NCBI GenBank assembly: GCA_900617105.1
Contig: UYFQ01000032.1
Location: 186,001 to 250,000 of the forward strand
Origin: Hydrurus foetidus
Lineage: Eukaryota
Reading direction: 5' to 3'
Length of the DNA stretch: 64,000 bases
The notes below the pieces were generated by a model. That model was given only the letters and a program-made list of their open reading frames with translations, was not told the origin of the DNA and made no database searches. Of this stretch, positions 19,131-26,992 are shown in pieces (the first letter of the stretch is position 1; each line of letters begins with the position of its first letter). The translations under genes were made by a program, and so were the position numbers.

Positions 19131-20825
19131 ATGGCCCGGCACCTCCTTCGGCGAACCACTTTGGCCGCCCTGCTCTGCTCCGCCGTGCTGTCGCTGCCCG
19201 CATTCGCCGAAACCCTGCGCTTCGCCGCCCAGGGCGACATCGCCACGCTAGACCCACACGCCAAGAACGACCGTTTCAACAACGCGATAGTGCAGCACCT
19301 GTACGAACCGCTCGCCATGCGCGGGCCCGATTTGAAAGTTATCCCCGGTTTGGCGCTGACGTGGACGCACTTGTCCGCCAAATTACCCACCAAAAACGGC
19401 TCCAGCACCGGAACCGGCACCCTGTGGCGCGTCACCCTGCGCCCCGGTGTCACCTTCCACGAAGGCCAGCCCTTCACCGCTGACGACGTGGTGTTTTCTG
19501 TCACCCGCGCCCAACGCCCCGCGTCCCACCTGCAAAGCGCGGCCAGCGAGTTGGGCAAAGTACGGCGCATTGATGCCACCACGGTGGAATTCGACACCCT
19601 GAAAGCCAACCCGCTGTTTGTCGAGACGCTCACGCTGATCCCCATCATGAGCCACGCCTGGGCCAAAGCCCACAGCGCGGAGCTTCCCGGCAACCTCAGC
19701 GCCTCCCAAGAAACCTACGCCCACCGCCAAGCCAACGGCACCGGCCCGCTACGCAATGCCGTCTGGAAGCCCGATGTCAGCCTGACGATGGATGCCAACC
19801 CTGGTTGGTGGGCGCGTGCGAACGAGGGACTCGCTACCGGCGGCAGCTTAGGCAACGTCACCCAAGTGGTATTCCAGCCCATACAGAGCGTAGCCACCCG
19901 CGTCGCCGCACTCGCCACCGGTGCCGTCGATTTGGTGGTGGATTTATCGCCCAACGACCGCGCCTATCTGGCCAGCAACAAGGCGTTGAAAACGGTATCG
20001 GGCATTGAAAACCGCATCATCTACTTTGGCTTCGACGTGAAATCCCCCCAGCTGCGCCACAGCACAGCCGCTGGCACCGTGCCAGATAACCCCTTGCAAA
20101 AAACCGCAGTCCGCCAAGCCCTGTGGCAAGCCATCGACTACGCCACGCTGCAAAAACAAGTCCTCAAAGGCGATCATCAACCGACTGGCGCGATGGTGAC
20201 ACCCCTCACTACCGGCTACGCCCCGGCGCTCGATGCCCTGCCCCGCTTCGACCCCACCGCCGCCCGCGCCCAACTGGCCCAAGAAGGCTACCCCAACGGC
20301 TTCACCCTGGGCCTGAACTGCCCCAGCGACCGCCACCCGGTAGACGAGGTGCTGTGCAAAGCCGTCGCCAATTTCTGGAGCAAAGTCGGCGTACAAACCC
20401 GCCTGCGCTTGCAGCCCAAAACCCAGTATTTCGCAGAGCTGGAAAAAACCGGTGCCGATGTCTTCCTGATGGGCTGGGGCGGTGCCACCACCGACGCGAT
20501 GTACAGCCTGAAGCCCCTGATGCACAGCGCCGCCAGCGGCGTGGGCGCATCAGCCAGCACGGCGGGCCAATTCAACTACGGTGGCATCAGTGACCCGAGC
20601 CTGGACGCGTTGATTGACAAAGCAGAAGCAGAAACAGAACAAAACCCGGCTCTGCGCACACTCCTTATGCTTCAATCGCTACAAAAAGTGAAGCAAGAGG
20701 CCTACCTGATACCGCTGTACCGGCAGGCGATTTTGTGGGGCATGCAAACCCGCATCAGCGCTGTGCCGCGTGCGGACAACCGGCTGGAGATTTTTCGGGT
20801 GCGGGTTGAGACGCAAGCCAAATAA
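19131..20825 (+). CDS. Peptide ABC transporter substrate-binding protein, family 5 (DppA/OppA-like, orphan)
   Basis: TLDPH, LRPGVTFHEG, FTADDVVFS, NGTGP. Confidence 0.88.
   Translation: MARHLLRRTTLAALLCSAVLSLPAFAETLRFAAQGDIATLDPHAKNDRFNNAIVQHLYEPLAMRGPDLKVIPGLALTWTHLSAKLPTKNGSSTGTGTLWRVTLRPGVTFHEGQPFTADDVVFSVTRAQRPASHLQSAASELGKVRRIDATTVEFDTLKANPLFVETLTLIPIMSHAWAKAHSAELPGNLSASQETYAHRQANGTGPLRNAVWKPDVSLTMDANPGWWARANEGLATGGSLGNVTQVVFQPIQSVATRVAALATGAVDLVVDLSPNDRAYLASNKALKTVSGIENRIIYFGFDVKSPQLRHSTAAGTVPDNPLQKTAVRQALWQAIDYATLQKQVLKGDHQPTGAMVTPLTTGYAPALDALPRFDPTAARAQLAQEGYPNGFTLGLNCPSDRHPVDEVLCKAVANFWSKVGVQTRLRLQPKTQYFAELEKTGADVFLMGWGGATTDAMYSLKPLMHSAASGVGASASTAGQFNYGGISDPSLDALIDKAEAETEQNPALRTLLMLQSLQKVKQEAYLIPLYRQAILWGMQTRISAVPRADNRLEIFRVRVETQAK
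20654..20695 (-). repeat. Intragenic 42-bp bipartite motif, copy in DppA-like gene
   Basis: TGCT-TCACTTTTTGT-AGCG-ATTGA-AGC-ATAAGGAGTGT-GCGC. Confidence 0.7.
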
Positions 20826-20840
20826 AGGAGGTGGCACCTG

Positions 20841-22319
20841 TTACTTGCGCCGCTCAATTTTTGCATCTTCATAAAACCGCATCTTGGCCGCAAACATGGC
20901 TTTGTCAGCGTCGTTACTCAGGACATCCACCGGCATGGCGGTCAGCGCTGTGGCTATGCCGACGGCCACACTGAGTCTGTGGCCGGCGTAAAACTGGTTG
21001 TTGATCTCCAGCATAGATTCGATGCGTTCTTTGAAACTCTGGGCAATGCGTTCATCGCATCCAGGTAACAACGCGACAAATTCGTCGCCACCTACGCGCG
21101 ACACGCAATAGGGGGTGCCCGCAGAAGCGCCGGTAAGAACCTCGCCAAACCGGCGCAGCAAGCTGTCACCTGCAGCATGGCCTTCCGCGTCGTTGACAGC
21201 CTTCAATCCATTCAAGTCCATCGCCAAGATGCTGAGTGGCCATGTGCCTTTGCGTGAAATTCGGTTCAGTTCCTCGCTGTAAAACGCCCGGTTATGGAGC
21301 TTGGTCAGTGAGTCATGTTTACCCAGGTATTCCAGATACGCCTCGGCCTTTTTGCGTGCCGTGATGTCGATCAACGACACCAAGACCAAATCCCAGGAAG
21401 ACTCGTGGCCACTCAACACAGAGAATTGCATGTGGATGTTGATCGCCTCCCCCGTCAAAGCGTAATTCACCACCTCGCGCATTTGCGTCGTGTTGCCATT
21501 CCATAAATCCAGTATTTGATCCGCAAAGGAATCATGCATTTCATTGCGAAATACGGCATCCAAATTGGACAACAGCTCCTCTTTGGAGCGCGCTGCGAAC
21601 ATCTGCAGTGTCTGCTGATTGACATCCAGCACCTTGATTTGTTCAGCACATCGACTGACAAAATCAGGATGGACACTCAGAAAAACCCGAAGATCCTGAA
21701 TGCCCTGCGCACGCGCCTCATCCAGTAAAGCCTTGACGCCACTGAAGTCTTCCACCCACAAAGACACAGGGGAGCAATCAAACAGATTGCGGGCGTACTG
21801 CTCGCTTTCAATCAGGGTCTTTTGGGCTTGCACCTTCTCGGTCACGTCTTCCAACGACACCATGACCCGATCCCAATCAGCCTCGTGCCCCTGGAGAATG
21901 CGGACATGAATTTGCACATCCATGCGTCGGCCATTCAGCGCGTAATTCACTGACAGGTTGGAAAAAGCCAAGGCTCCAGACCAAAGATAAAGCAATTCCA
22001 CCAGCATTTGCTCAAAAGTGTCATCTCTGAAAACTTCATTCAACCGGCTGACCAGGTCCAGCTGATCCTTCGCTGCGAAGACATTGAGTGTTTGTTGGTT
22101 GACCCGTAGCACCTTGAGACAGCTGGAACAGGTCACCATCAATGCCGGAAACTGCCGCAAATGGGACTCTAGGTCACTGACACCTTGCGCCCGCCAAGCG
22201 CTGAACAACGTCTTCAGCTCGCTGTAGTCTTCCAACCACAGTGAGAGGGGGGCCGAATCGAACATCAACTCAAAGTCGGCTCCTGCATTGGGTACGGTAT
22301 CAAGGGATGGCAGGTTCAT
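20841..22319 (-). CDS. Diguanylate cyclase with tandem duplicated PAS-like sensor domains
   Basis: DSLTKLHNR, DLNGLKAVND, RVGGDEF; two N-terminal repeats (FDSAPLSLWLEDYS / FDCSPVSLWVEDFS); start MNLPSL. Confidence 0.9.
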   Translation of the reverse strand: MNLPSLDTVPNAGADFELMFDSAPLSLWLEDYSELKTLFSAWRAQGVSDLESHLRQFPALMVTCSSCLKVLRVNQQTLNVFAAKDQLDLVSRLNEVFRDDTFEQMLVELLYLWSGALAFSNLSVNYALNGRRMDVQIHVRILQGHEADWDRVMVSLEDVTEKVQAQKTLIESEQYARNLFDCSPVSLWVEDFSGVKALLDEARAQGIQDLRVFLSVHPDFVSRCAEQIKVLDVNQQTLQMFAARSKEELLSNLDAVFRNEMHDSFADQILDLWNGNTTQMREVVNYALTGEAINIHMQFSVLSGHESSWDLVLVSLIDITARKKAEAYLEYLGKHDSLTKLHNRAFYSEELNRISRKGTWPLSILAMDLNGLKAVNDAEGHAAGDSLLRRFGEVLTGASAGTPYCVSRVGGDEFVALLPGCDERIAQSFKERIESMLEINNQFYAGHRLSVAVGIATALTAMPVDVLSNDADKAMFAAKMRFYEDAKIERRK

Positions 22320-22353
22320 TTTCAGGGTGTCCAATGGTAGGTACAGCCCATTG

Positions 22354-22368
22354 TGGCACTTACCTTGC
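22354..22368 (+). promoter_or_regulatory. Putative sigma54 (-24/-12) promoter of the DUF3034 operon
   Basis: TGGCAC-TTACC-TTGC; GG and GC 12 bp apart; about 90 nt upstream of ATG 22459. Confidence 0.5.
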
Positions 22369-22458
22369 CCCCTGGTTCTGGGGGGATTACCTTCCGCTGA
22401 ATCTTCCGGCACACTTGGTACGTACCCTATAGATGACCTCATCCTACAGAAAACCTCG

Positions 22459-23409
22459 ATGTCCCAAAAATCACACCATGCCCTACTGGTGGCAAACACC
22501 TTATTGGCCTTGGCCATCTCTTTGTCAACCTCCTTACCCGCCCTTGCCGATACCGGCAAACTACTGTTGACTGGCGGCGTGAGCAGCATTGACGGTGCGG
22601 CCGGTGGAGGCTTGACGCCTTGGGCCGTGATTGGCTCTAACGCCACCGATGGAGAAATCGGTGCCACCGCACACCTCACGCGCATCGTGGTGAAAGACTA
22701 CGCCATGACCACCTTCGGTGCAGCAGTGGGCTACAAAAACAAGGTAGAGCTGTCTATCGCCACACAAGATTTTGACGCGGGCCCCACCTCGGCGCTGGCC
22801 TCATTTGGCGTAACACCAGGCACGCACCTCAAAATGGACATCATCGGCGCCAAGGTCAAATTGGCAGGTAATGCAGTACTCGACAGCGACACCCTGATGC
22901 CTCAAATTGCCGTCGGCGTGGAACATAAGCGCCTGCGCGCTGGCACCATGGGGCCAGTGATTGAGGCCCTGGGCGGCAAGCTGAGCGGCACCGATGTTTA
23001 CCTCAGTGCCACCAAACTGTTTTTGGCCCAAGGGATGTTGGTGAACGCCACGCTGCGCGCCACCAAGGCGAACCAAAACGGTTTACTGGGCTTTGGCGGT
23101 GCACTGGGGGAAGATAAGTACCGGCTGATGCCTGAAATCTCGGTGGCTTATTTGCTCAGCAAAAACATCGCCATCGGGGCGGAATACCGCTTCAAACCGA
23201 ATAACCTGGAGAAAGTGGGCAACAGCGTTTTTGGGGCCAACTCAGGGGCACTGCGTGAAGACGATTGGATGGATATTTTCATCGCCTACGCGCCCACCAA
23301 GAACATTTCGCTGACAGCAGCTTATGTCGATCTGGGCCGCATCGCGCCGGCTTTGGCGGCCAACCGCAAGCAAACAGGTTTTTATTTATCGGCGCAAGTG
23401 GCCTACTGA
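22459..23409 (+). CDS. DUF3034 family protein, predicted outer-membrane beta-barrel
   Basis: Signal peptide, GKLLLTGGVSSIDGAAGGGLTPWAVI, TKANQNGLLGFGG, EYRFKPNNL, C-terminal YLSAQVAY. Confidence 0.82.
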   Translation: MSQKSHHALLVANTLLALAISLSTSLPALADTGKLLLTGGVSSIDGAAGGGLTPWAVIGSNATDGEIGATAHLTRIVVKDYAMTTFGAAVGYKNKVELSIATQDFDAGPTSALASFGVTPGTHLKMDIIGAKVKLAGNAVLDSDTLMPQIAVGVEHKRLRAGTMGPVIEALGGKLSGTDVYLSATKLFLAQGMLVNATLRATKANQNGLLGFGGALGEDKYRLMPEISVAYLLSKNIAIGAEYRFKPNNLEKVGNSVFGANSGALREDDWMDIFIAYAPTKNISLTAAYVDLGRIAPALAANRKQTGFYLSAQVAY

Positions 23410-23434
23410 AATCTCACAGCACAGAGACCTCACC

Positions 23435-23905
23435 ATGTTGACCTCCTCACTTCATCGCTCTTTTACCCATGTTGTCGCCCGTGCCGCTTTGGTGGGCATG
23501 CTCGCCAGCGGCAGCGTTTTTGCCCAATCCACAACGGCCATGGCCGATGACCAGCTGTTCAAAAACTTGGGCGGTAAGCCCGGTTTGGTCAAGCTGATGG
23601 AAGACTTCGTGCCCCGCCTGTACGCCAACCCGCGCATTGGCAGCTTCTTCAAAGAAACCCAGCCCCGATTTCTGAAAGAGCAGCTGGTCAATCAATTTTG
23701 CGTGGTGTCGGGCGGTGGCTGCACCTACGACGGTGCAGACATGAAATCGGCCCACATCAACATGGACATCACCCAAGCACATTTCAATGCGCTGGTGGAA
23801 GACCTGCAACTGGCAATGGACGCGCAAGGCATTGCGTTTCGCACCCAAAACAAACTGCTGGCCCAACTGGCCCCGATGCACCGAATGATTGTGAACACCC
23901 CATGA
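23435..23905 (+). CDS. Group 1 truncated hemoglobin with signal peptide
   Basis: LFKNLGG, YDGADMKSAH (proximal His), HFNALVEDL; leader ending SVFA-Q. Confidence 0.87.
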   Translation: MLTSSLHRSFTHVVARAALVGMLASGSVFAQSTTAMADDQLFKNLGGKPGLVKLMEDFVPRLYANPRIGSFFKETQPRFLKEQLVNQFCVVSGGGCTYDGADMKSAHINMDITQAHFNALVEDLQLAMDAQGIAFRTQNKLLAQLAPMHRMIVNTP

Positions 23906-24552
23906 AAAACCACCTTCGCGGGCTGACCGCACTTCTTTTACTGGCAAGCCCGCTGGCAATAGCCGCCAACTTGAGCGTTTCAGTGCTCGACAAAGAGGGC
24001 AACCCAGCGGCGGATGCCGTGGTTGTCGTGGTACTCAACGCCGGTGCGAGTGCGAAGACCAGCCCTGCGGTGGTAGCGGCGGTTGCGCAAGAAAAAATGC
24101 AGTTCATACCCGCCGTATCGGTCGTTAACGTGGGCAGCACCGTGCGGTTTACCAATAACGATGCTTGGGATCACCATGTGCGTGGCACAGCAGCGGGCTT
24201 TGCCGCGTTCAACGCTGTCGGTGGGTTTGAACTTCGCTTGGACGGTAAGGCAGCAGGCAAACCCGCCAACAGCGCCACCGTGGTTCTCGAAAAACCCGGT
24301 GCGGTGCAACTCGGCTGCCATTTGCACAGCTCGATGCGCGGCTACATCTACGTGACGGATTCGCCCTACACCGTGAAAACCGGTGCCGATGGCGTGGCCC
24401 AGTTCACCGATATTCCAGAGGGTGCCGCCACGCTCAAGGTGTGGCACGCAGACCAGTTGATTGACGTGCCCCCGCAAACGACCTACCTCGGCACGCCAGC
24501 GGCCAAAGCAAGCTTTCAACTGAGTGTGGTGCCGCGCAGACGGCGGATTTAA
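23902..24552 (+). CDS. Exported cupredoxin-domain protein (MauL-like / 'methylamine utilization protein')
   Basis: Signal peptide, FTNNDAWDHHV, GCHLHSSM (C-x2-H-x2-M); ATGA overlap with the globin gene. Confidence 0.82.
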   Translation: MKNHLRGLTALLLLASPLAIAANLSVSVLDKEGNPAADAVVVVVLNAGASAKTSPAVVAAVAQEKMQFIPAVSVVNVGSTVRFTNNDAWDHHVRGTAAGFAAFNAVGGFELRLDGKAAGKPANSATVVLEKPGAVQLGCHLHSSMRGYIYVTDSPYTVKTGADGVAQFTDIPEGAATLKVWHADQLIDVPPQTTYLGTPAAKASFQLSVVPRRRRI

Positions 24553-24580
24553 GCATGGCGAAGGCATGAACCCCCAAAGC

Positions 24581-24615
24581 AAAAACCCCACTGTCGTTTT
24601 GGCAGTGGGGTTTTT
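24581..24615. terminator. Bidirectional terminator (original tRNA terminator and end of the DUF3034 operon)
   Basis: AAAAACCCCACTGTC-gtttt-GGCAGTGGGGTTTTT abutting the att copy. Confidence 0.8.
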
Positions 24616-24673
24616 ATATCTGACGTGGTGCCGGAGAGATGAATCGAACACCCGACCTTCTCATTACGAATGA
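24615..24673. repeat. att site: displaced tRNA-Thr 3' half (59-bp direct repeat)
   Basis: TATATCTGACGTGGTGCCGGAGAGATGAATCGAACACCCGACCTTCTCATTACGAATGA, identical to 31340-31398. Confidence 0.95.
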
Positions 24674-24800
24674 CACGGAATAGGTATTTCATCGTGTTGA
24701 TTTGAGTAGTAGAATCAATACAAATCAACAGGTTACAAGAAAAGCACTGTGCAACCAAACAGTTACCTCGTTGATTGATATTCACCTAAATAGCGGGAAA

Positions 24801-24822
24801 GTGGCTACATGGTGGCTACATG
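24801..24822 (+). repeat. Putative integrase arm-type sites (2 x GTGGCTACATG)
   Basis: The identical 22-bp tandem also occurs at 31272-31293. Confidence 0.75.
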
Positions 24823-24844
24823 GATTTAATGAGAAGGTTCGACC

Positions 24845-26224
24845 ATGGCACGACCAAAGAAAAGCGATGCGCCGGAATTGAGCGAATCACACGACCTGAC
24901 CGCCGGGCTAATCGAGCGCCTGACCTGCCCGGCTGACAAGCAACAGGTTTTCCTGAGAGACAGCAAAGCGCCTGGCCTGCGCGTGCGTGCAACCGCTAGA
25001 AGTGCAAAGAACCCCAAGGGCTTGAAGGCGTTCGTCTACGAGGCCAAGCTGAACAGGCAGACCATTCGCCGCACCATTGGTGATGTTCGGGTGTGGGACA
25101 TTGAAGCCGCCCGAACTGAGGCCCGCCGCTTGGCTGTGGTGGTGCGAAGCGATAAGGATGACCCGCGAGAACTTGAGCGCCAGCAGGAAGCCGATAAAGC
25201 CGCTGCCATTGCCGCCACTGCTGCCCAACTGGAAGCCGACAAAGTGCGAGCCGTGACCGTGGGGGATGTTTGGCCGCGCTACCTGATGGAAGGCAAGCCC
25301 AAGCGCAAAGACGCATGGAAGCCCGGCTACCGTGCATCGTTGGACGTGATGGCCGCGCCCGGTGGCATCAAAAAGATTAGAGGGCAGGGGTTGACCCGAC
25401 CGGGGCCGATATATCCCCTGATGGCGCTGGCACTGGGTGATGTGACTGAGGACGCATTACAAATCTGGTTTGAGCGTGAAGCTCTGACAGGCAAACACCA
25501 AGCCGCCCGCGCCCTGATGATGTTTCGTGGCTTCCTGCGTTGGTGTGCTGCCCGGCCTGAGTACCGCAAGCTGATAGACCGTGACGCTGGCAAAGCGCCC
25601 GCCATTCTGGAGAACCTGCCAAGCAACACCAAGCGCACCGATGCCATTGAAGCCGCCCAATTGCCGGGCTGGTGGCAAGGTGTGGAGCAACTGAGCAACC
25701 GCACCGCCAGCGTGTACCTGAAAGCCCTGGTGTTGACCGGGGCACGTAAAGAAGAATTGGCCGGGTTGACCTGGGCACACGTTGATTTTCAGTGGCGCAA
25801 GCTGACCATTGCCGACAAGGTAGACCAGACCCGCACCATCCCCCTGACCCCTTACCTAGCGCAACTGATGGCGACCCTGCCGCGCCGTAATGAGTTTGTG
25901 TTTGCCAGCGCCAGCAAAGCCGGGCGAATCAGCGACACCCGCTCAAGCCACACCAAAGCCCTGCAAAGCGCCGGTATTGATGGCTTGACCATCCACGGGT
26001 TACGCCGGTCGTTTTCGCTGCTGGGTGAGTCTGCCGGGGCACCTGCCGGGGCTATTGCTCAAGTGATGGGGCACAAGCCAAGTGCAACAGCAGAAGGCTA
26101 CAGGCCGCGTTCTGTGGATGCCTTGAGGCCGTACCTAGAGAAGATTGAAGCGCACATTCTGGAACAGGCCGGGGTGACGTTTGTGCCGAACGCGGTGCCC
26201 AGCAAGCTGCGGGCAGTGGCTTAA
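24845..26224 (+). CDS. Tyrosine recombinase/integrase with N-terminal arm-binding domain (P4-like)
   Basis: LRDSKAPGLRVR N-domain; TGARKEE, HGLRR, MGH, AEGY catalytic residues. Confidence 0.93.
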   Translation: MARPKKSDAPELSESHDLTAGLIERLTCPADKQQVFLRDSKAPGLRVRATARSAKNPKGLKAFVYEAKLNRQTIRRTIGDVRVWDIEAARTEARRLAVVVRSDKDDPRELERQQEADKAAAIAATAAQLEADKVRAVTVGDVWPRYLMEGKPKRKDAWKPGYRASLDVMAAPGGIKKIRGQGLTRPGPIYPLMALALGDVTEDALQIWFEREALTGKHQAARALMMFRGFLRWCAARPEYRKLIDRDAGKAPAILENLPSNTKRTDAIEAAQLPGWWQGVEQLSNRTASVYLKALVLTGARKEELAGLTWAHVDFQWRKLTIADKVDQTRTIPLTPYLAQLMATLPRRNEFVFASASKAGRISDTRSSHTKALQSAGIDGLTIHGLRRSFSLLGESAGAPAGAIAQVMGHKPSATAEGYRPRSVDALRPYLEKIEAHILEQAGVTFVPNAVPSKLRAVA

Positions 26225-26255
26225 AAACACGCTGTAACGTAAAATACACAAAACC

Positions 26256-26582
26256 ATGTTTGAAGTTCAAGCGTACAAAGACGAAGCGGGCCGTGTTCCC
26301 TATGCTGAGTGGCTTCGCGTGCTGGTGGACACCCAAGCTAAAGCCCGTGTGTTGGTGCGGGTGGCCCGGATGGCCGCGGGTAATTTTGGGGACTGCAAAC
26401 CTGTGGGTGATGGTGTGTGGGAACTGCGCATCGACTGGGGGCCGGGCTACCGCGTCTACTACGCCCAAGCGGGCAAACAATTGGTTCTGCTGCTGACGGG
26501 TGGCGATAAGCGCAAGCAACAGGCAGACATTGCCGCTGCTGTCAGCTACTGGGATAACTGGAAAAGGATGAACCCAAAATGA
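26256..26582 (+). CDS. RelE/HigB-like addiction module toxin
   Basis: GNFGDCKPVGDGVWELRIDWGPGYRVYY, LLTGGDKRKQ. Confidence 0.9.
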   Translation: MFEVQAYKDEAGRVPYAEWLRVLVDTQAKARVLVRVARMAAGNFGDCKPVGDGVWELRIDWGPGYRVYYAQAGKQLVLLLTGGDKRKQQADIAAAVSYWDNWKRMNPK

Positions 26583-26896
26583 ACGCCTCAAAACCGCACG
26601 ATGACATTGTGGTGGAGCTGCTGAAGGCTGACCCACTGATGGCGGATGCCTACTTAGCCGCCGCCCTTGAGGAAGTACAGCTACCCGGCGGACAGGCCGC
26701 ACTATTGGCGGCGCTGCGTCACATTGCAGAGGCCCAAGGCATGGCCCAAGTCGCAGAACGTGCGGGCATCCCACGGGAAAGCGTGTACCGCGCCTTGTCA
26801 CCAAGGGGCAACCCCACCATCAAAACCCTGTTGGCAGTGCTGGGCGCGGCCGGACTGGATTTAGCGGTGACACGACGCGAAGCCGCCCACGCCTGA
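26579..26896 (+). CDS. Addiction module antidote (HTH antitoxin)
   Basis: GMAQVAERAGIPRESVYRALSPRGNP; ATGA overlap with the toxin gene. Confidence 0.9.
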   Translation: MNASKPHDDIVVELLKADPLMADAYLAAALEEVQLPGGQAALLAALRHIAEAQGMAQVAERAGIPRESVYRALSPRGNPTIKTLLAVLGAAGLDLAVTRREAAHA

Positions 26897-26904
26897 AGCG
26901 TTGT

Positions 26905-26959
26905 GCCCCAGCTAGATTTAGCGGCTGAAAAGCGGACACCTTCACCCGCCTGCTGGGGC
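26905..26959 (+). ncRNA. Putative structured RNA with anti-SD loop
   Basis: Outer stem GCCCCAGC/GCTGGGGC; inner stem GCGG/CCGC with loop ACACCTTCAC, complementary to GTGAAGG at 26979-26985. Confidence 0.5.
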
Positions 26960-26992
26960 TTCTATTTGAAGTGACACCGTGAAGGAGTGATA

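Noticed and set aside
20841..23409. Large head-to-head overlap between the diguanylate cyclase (to 22685) and DUF3034 (from 22288) ORFs
   Set aside because: An artefact of maximal ORF extension; plausible starts at 22319 and 22459 leave a normal 139-bp intergenic region
24626..24673. Second tRNA-Thr gene
   Set aside because: Only the 3' 48 nt are present and the D-arm and 5' acceptor strand are missing; it is the att duplication
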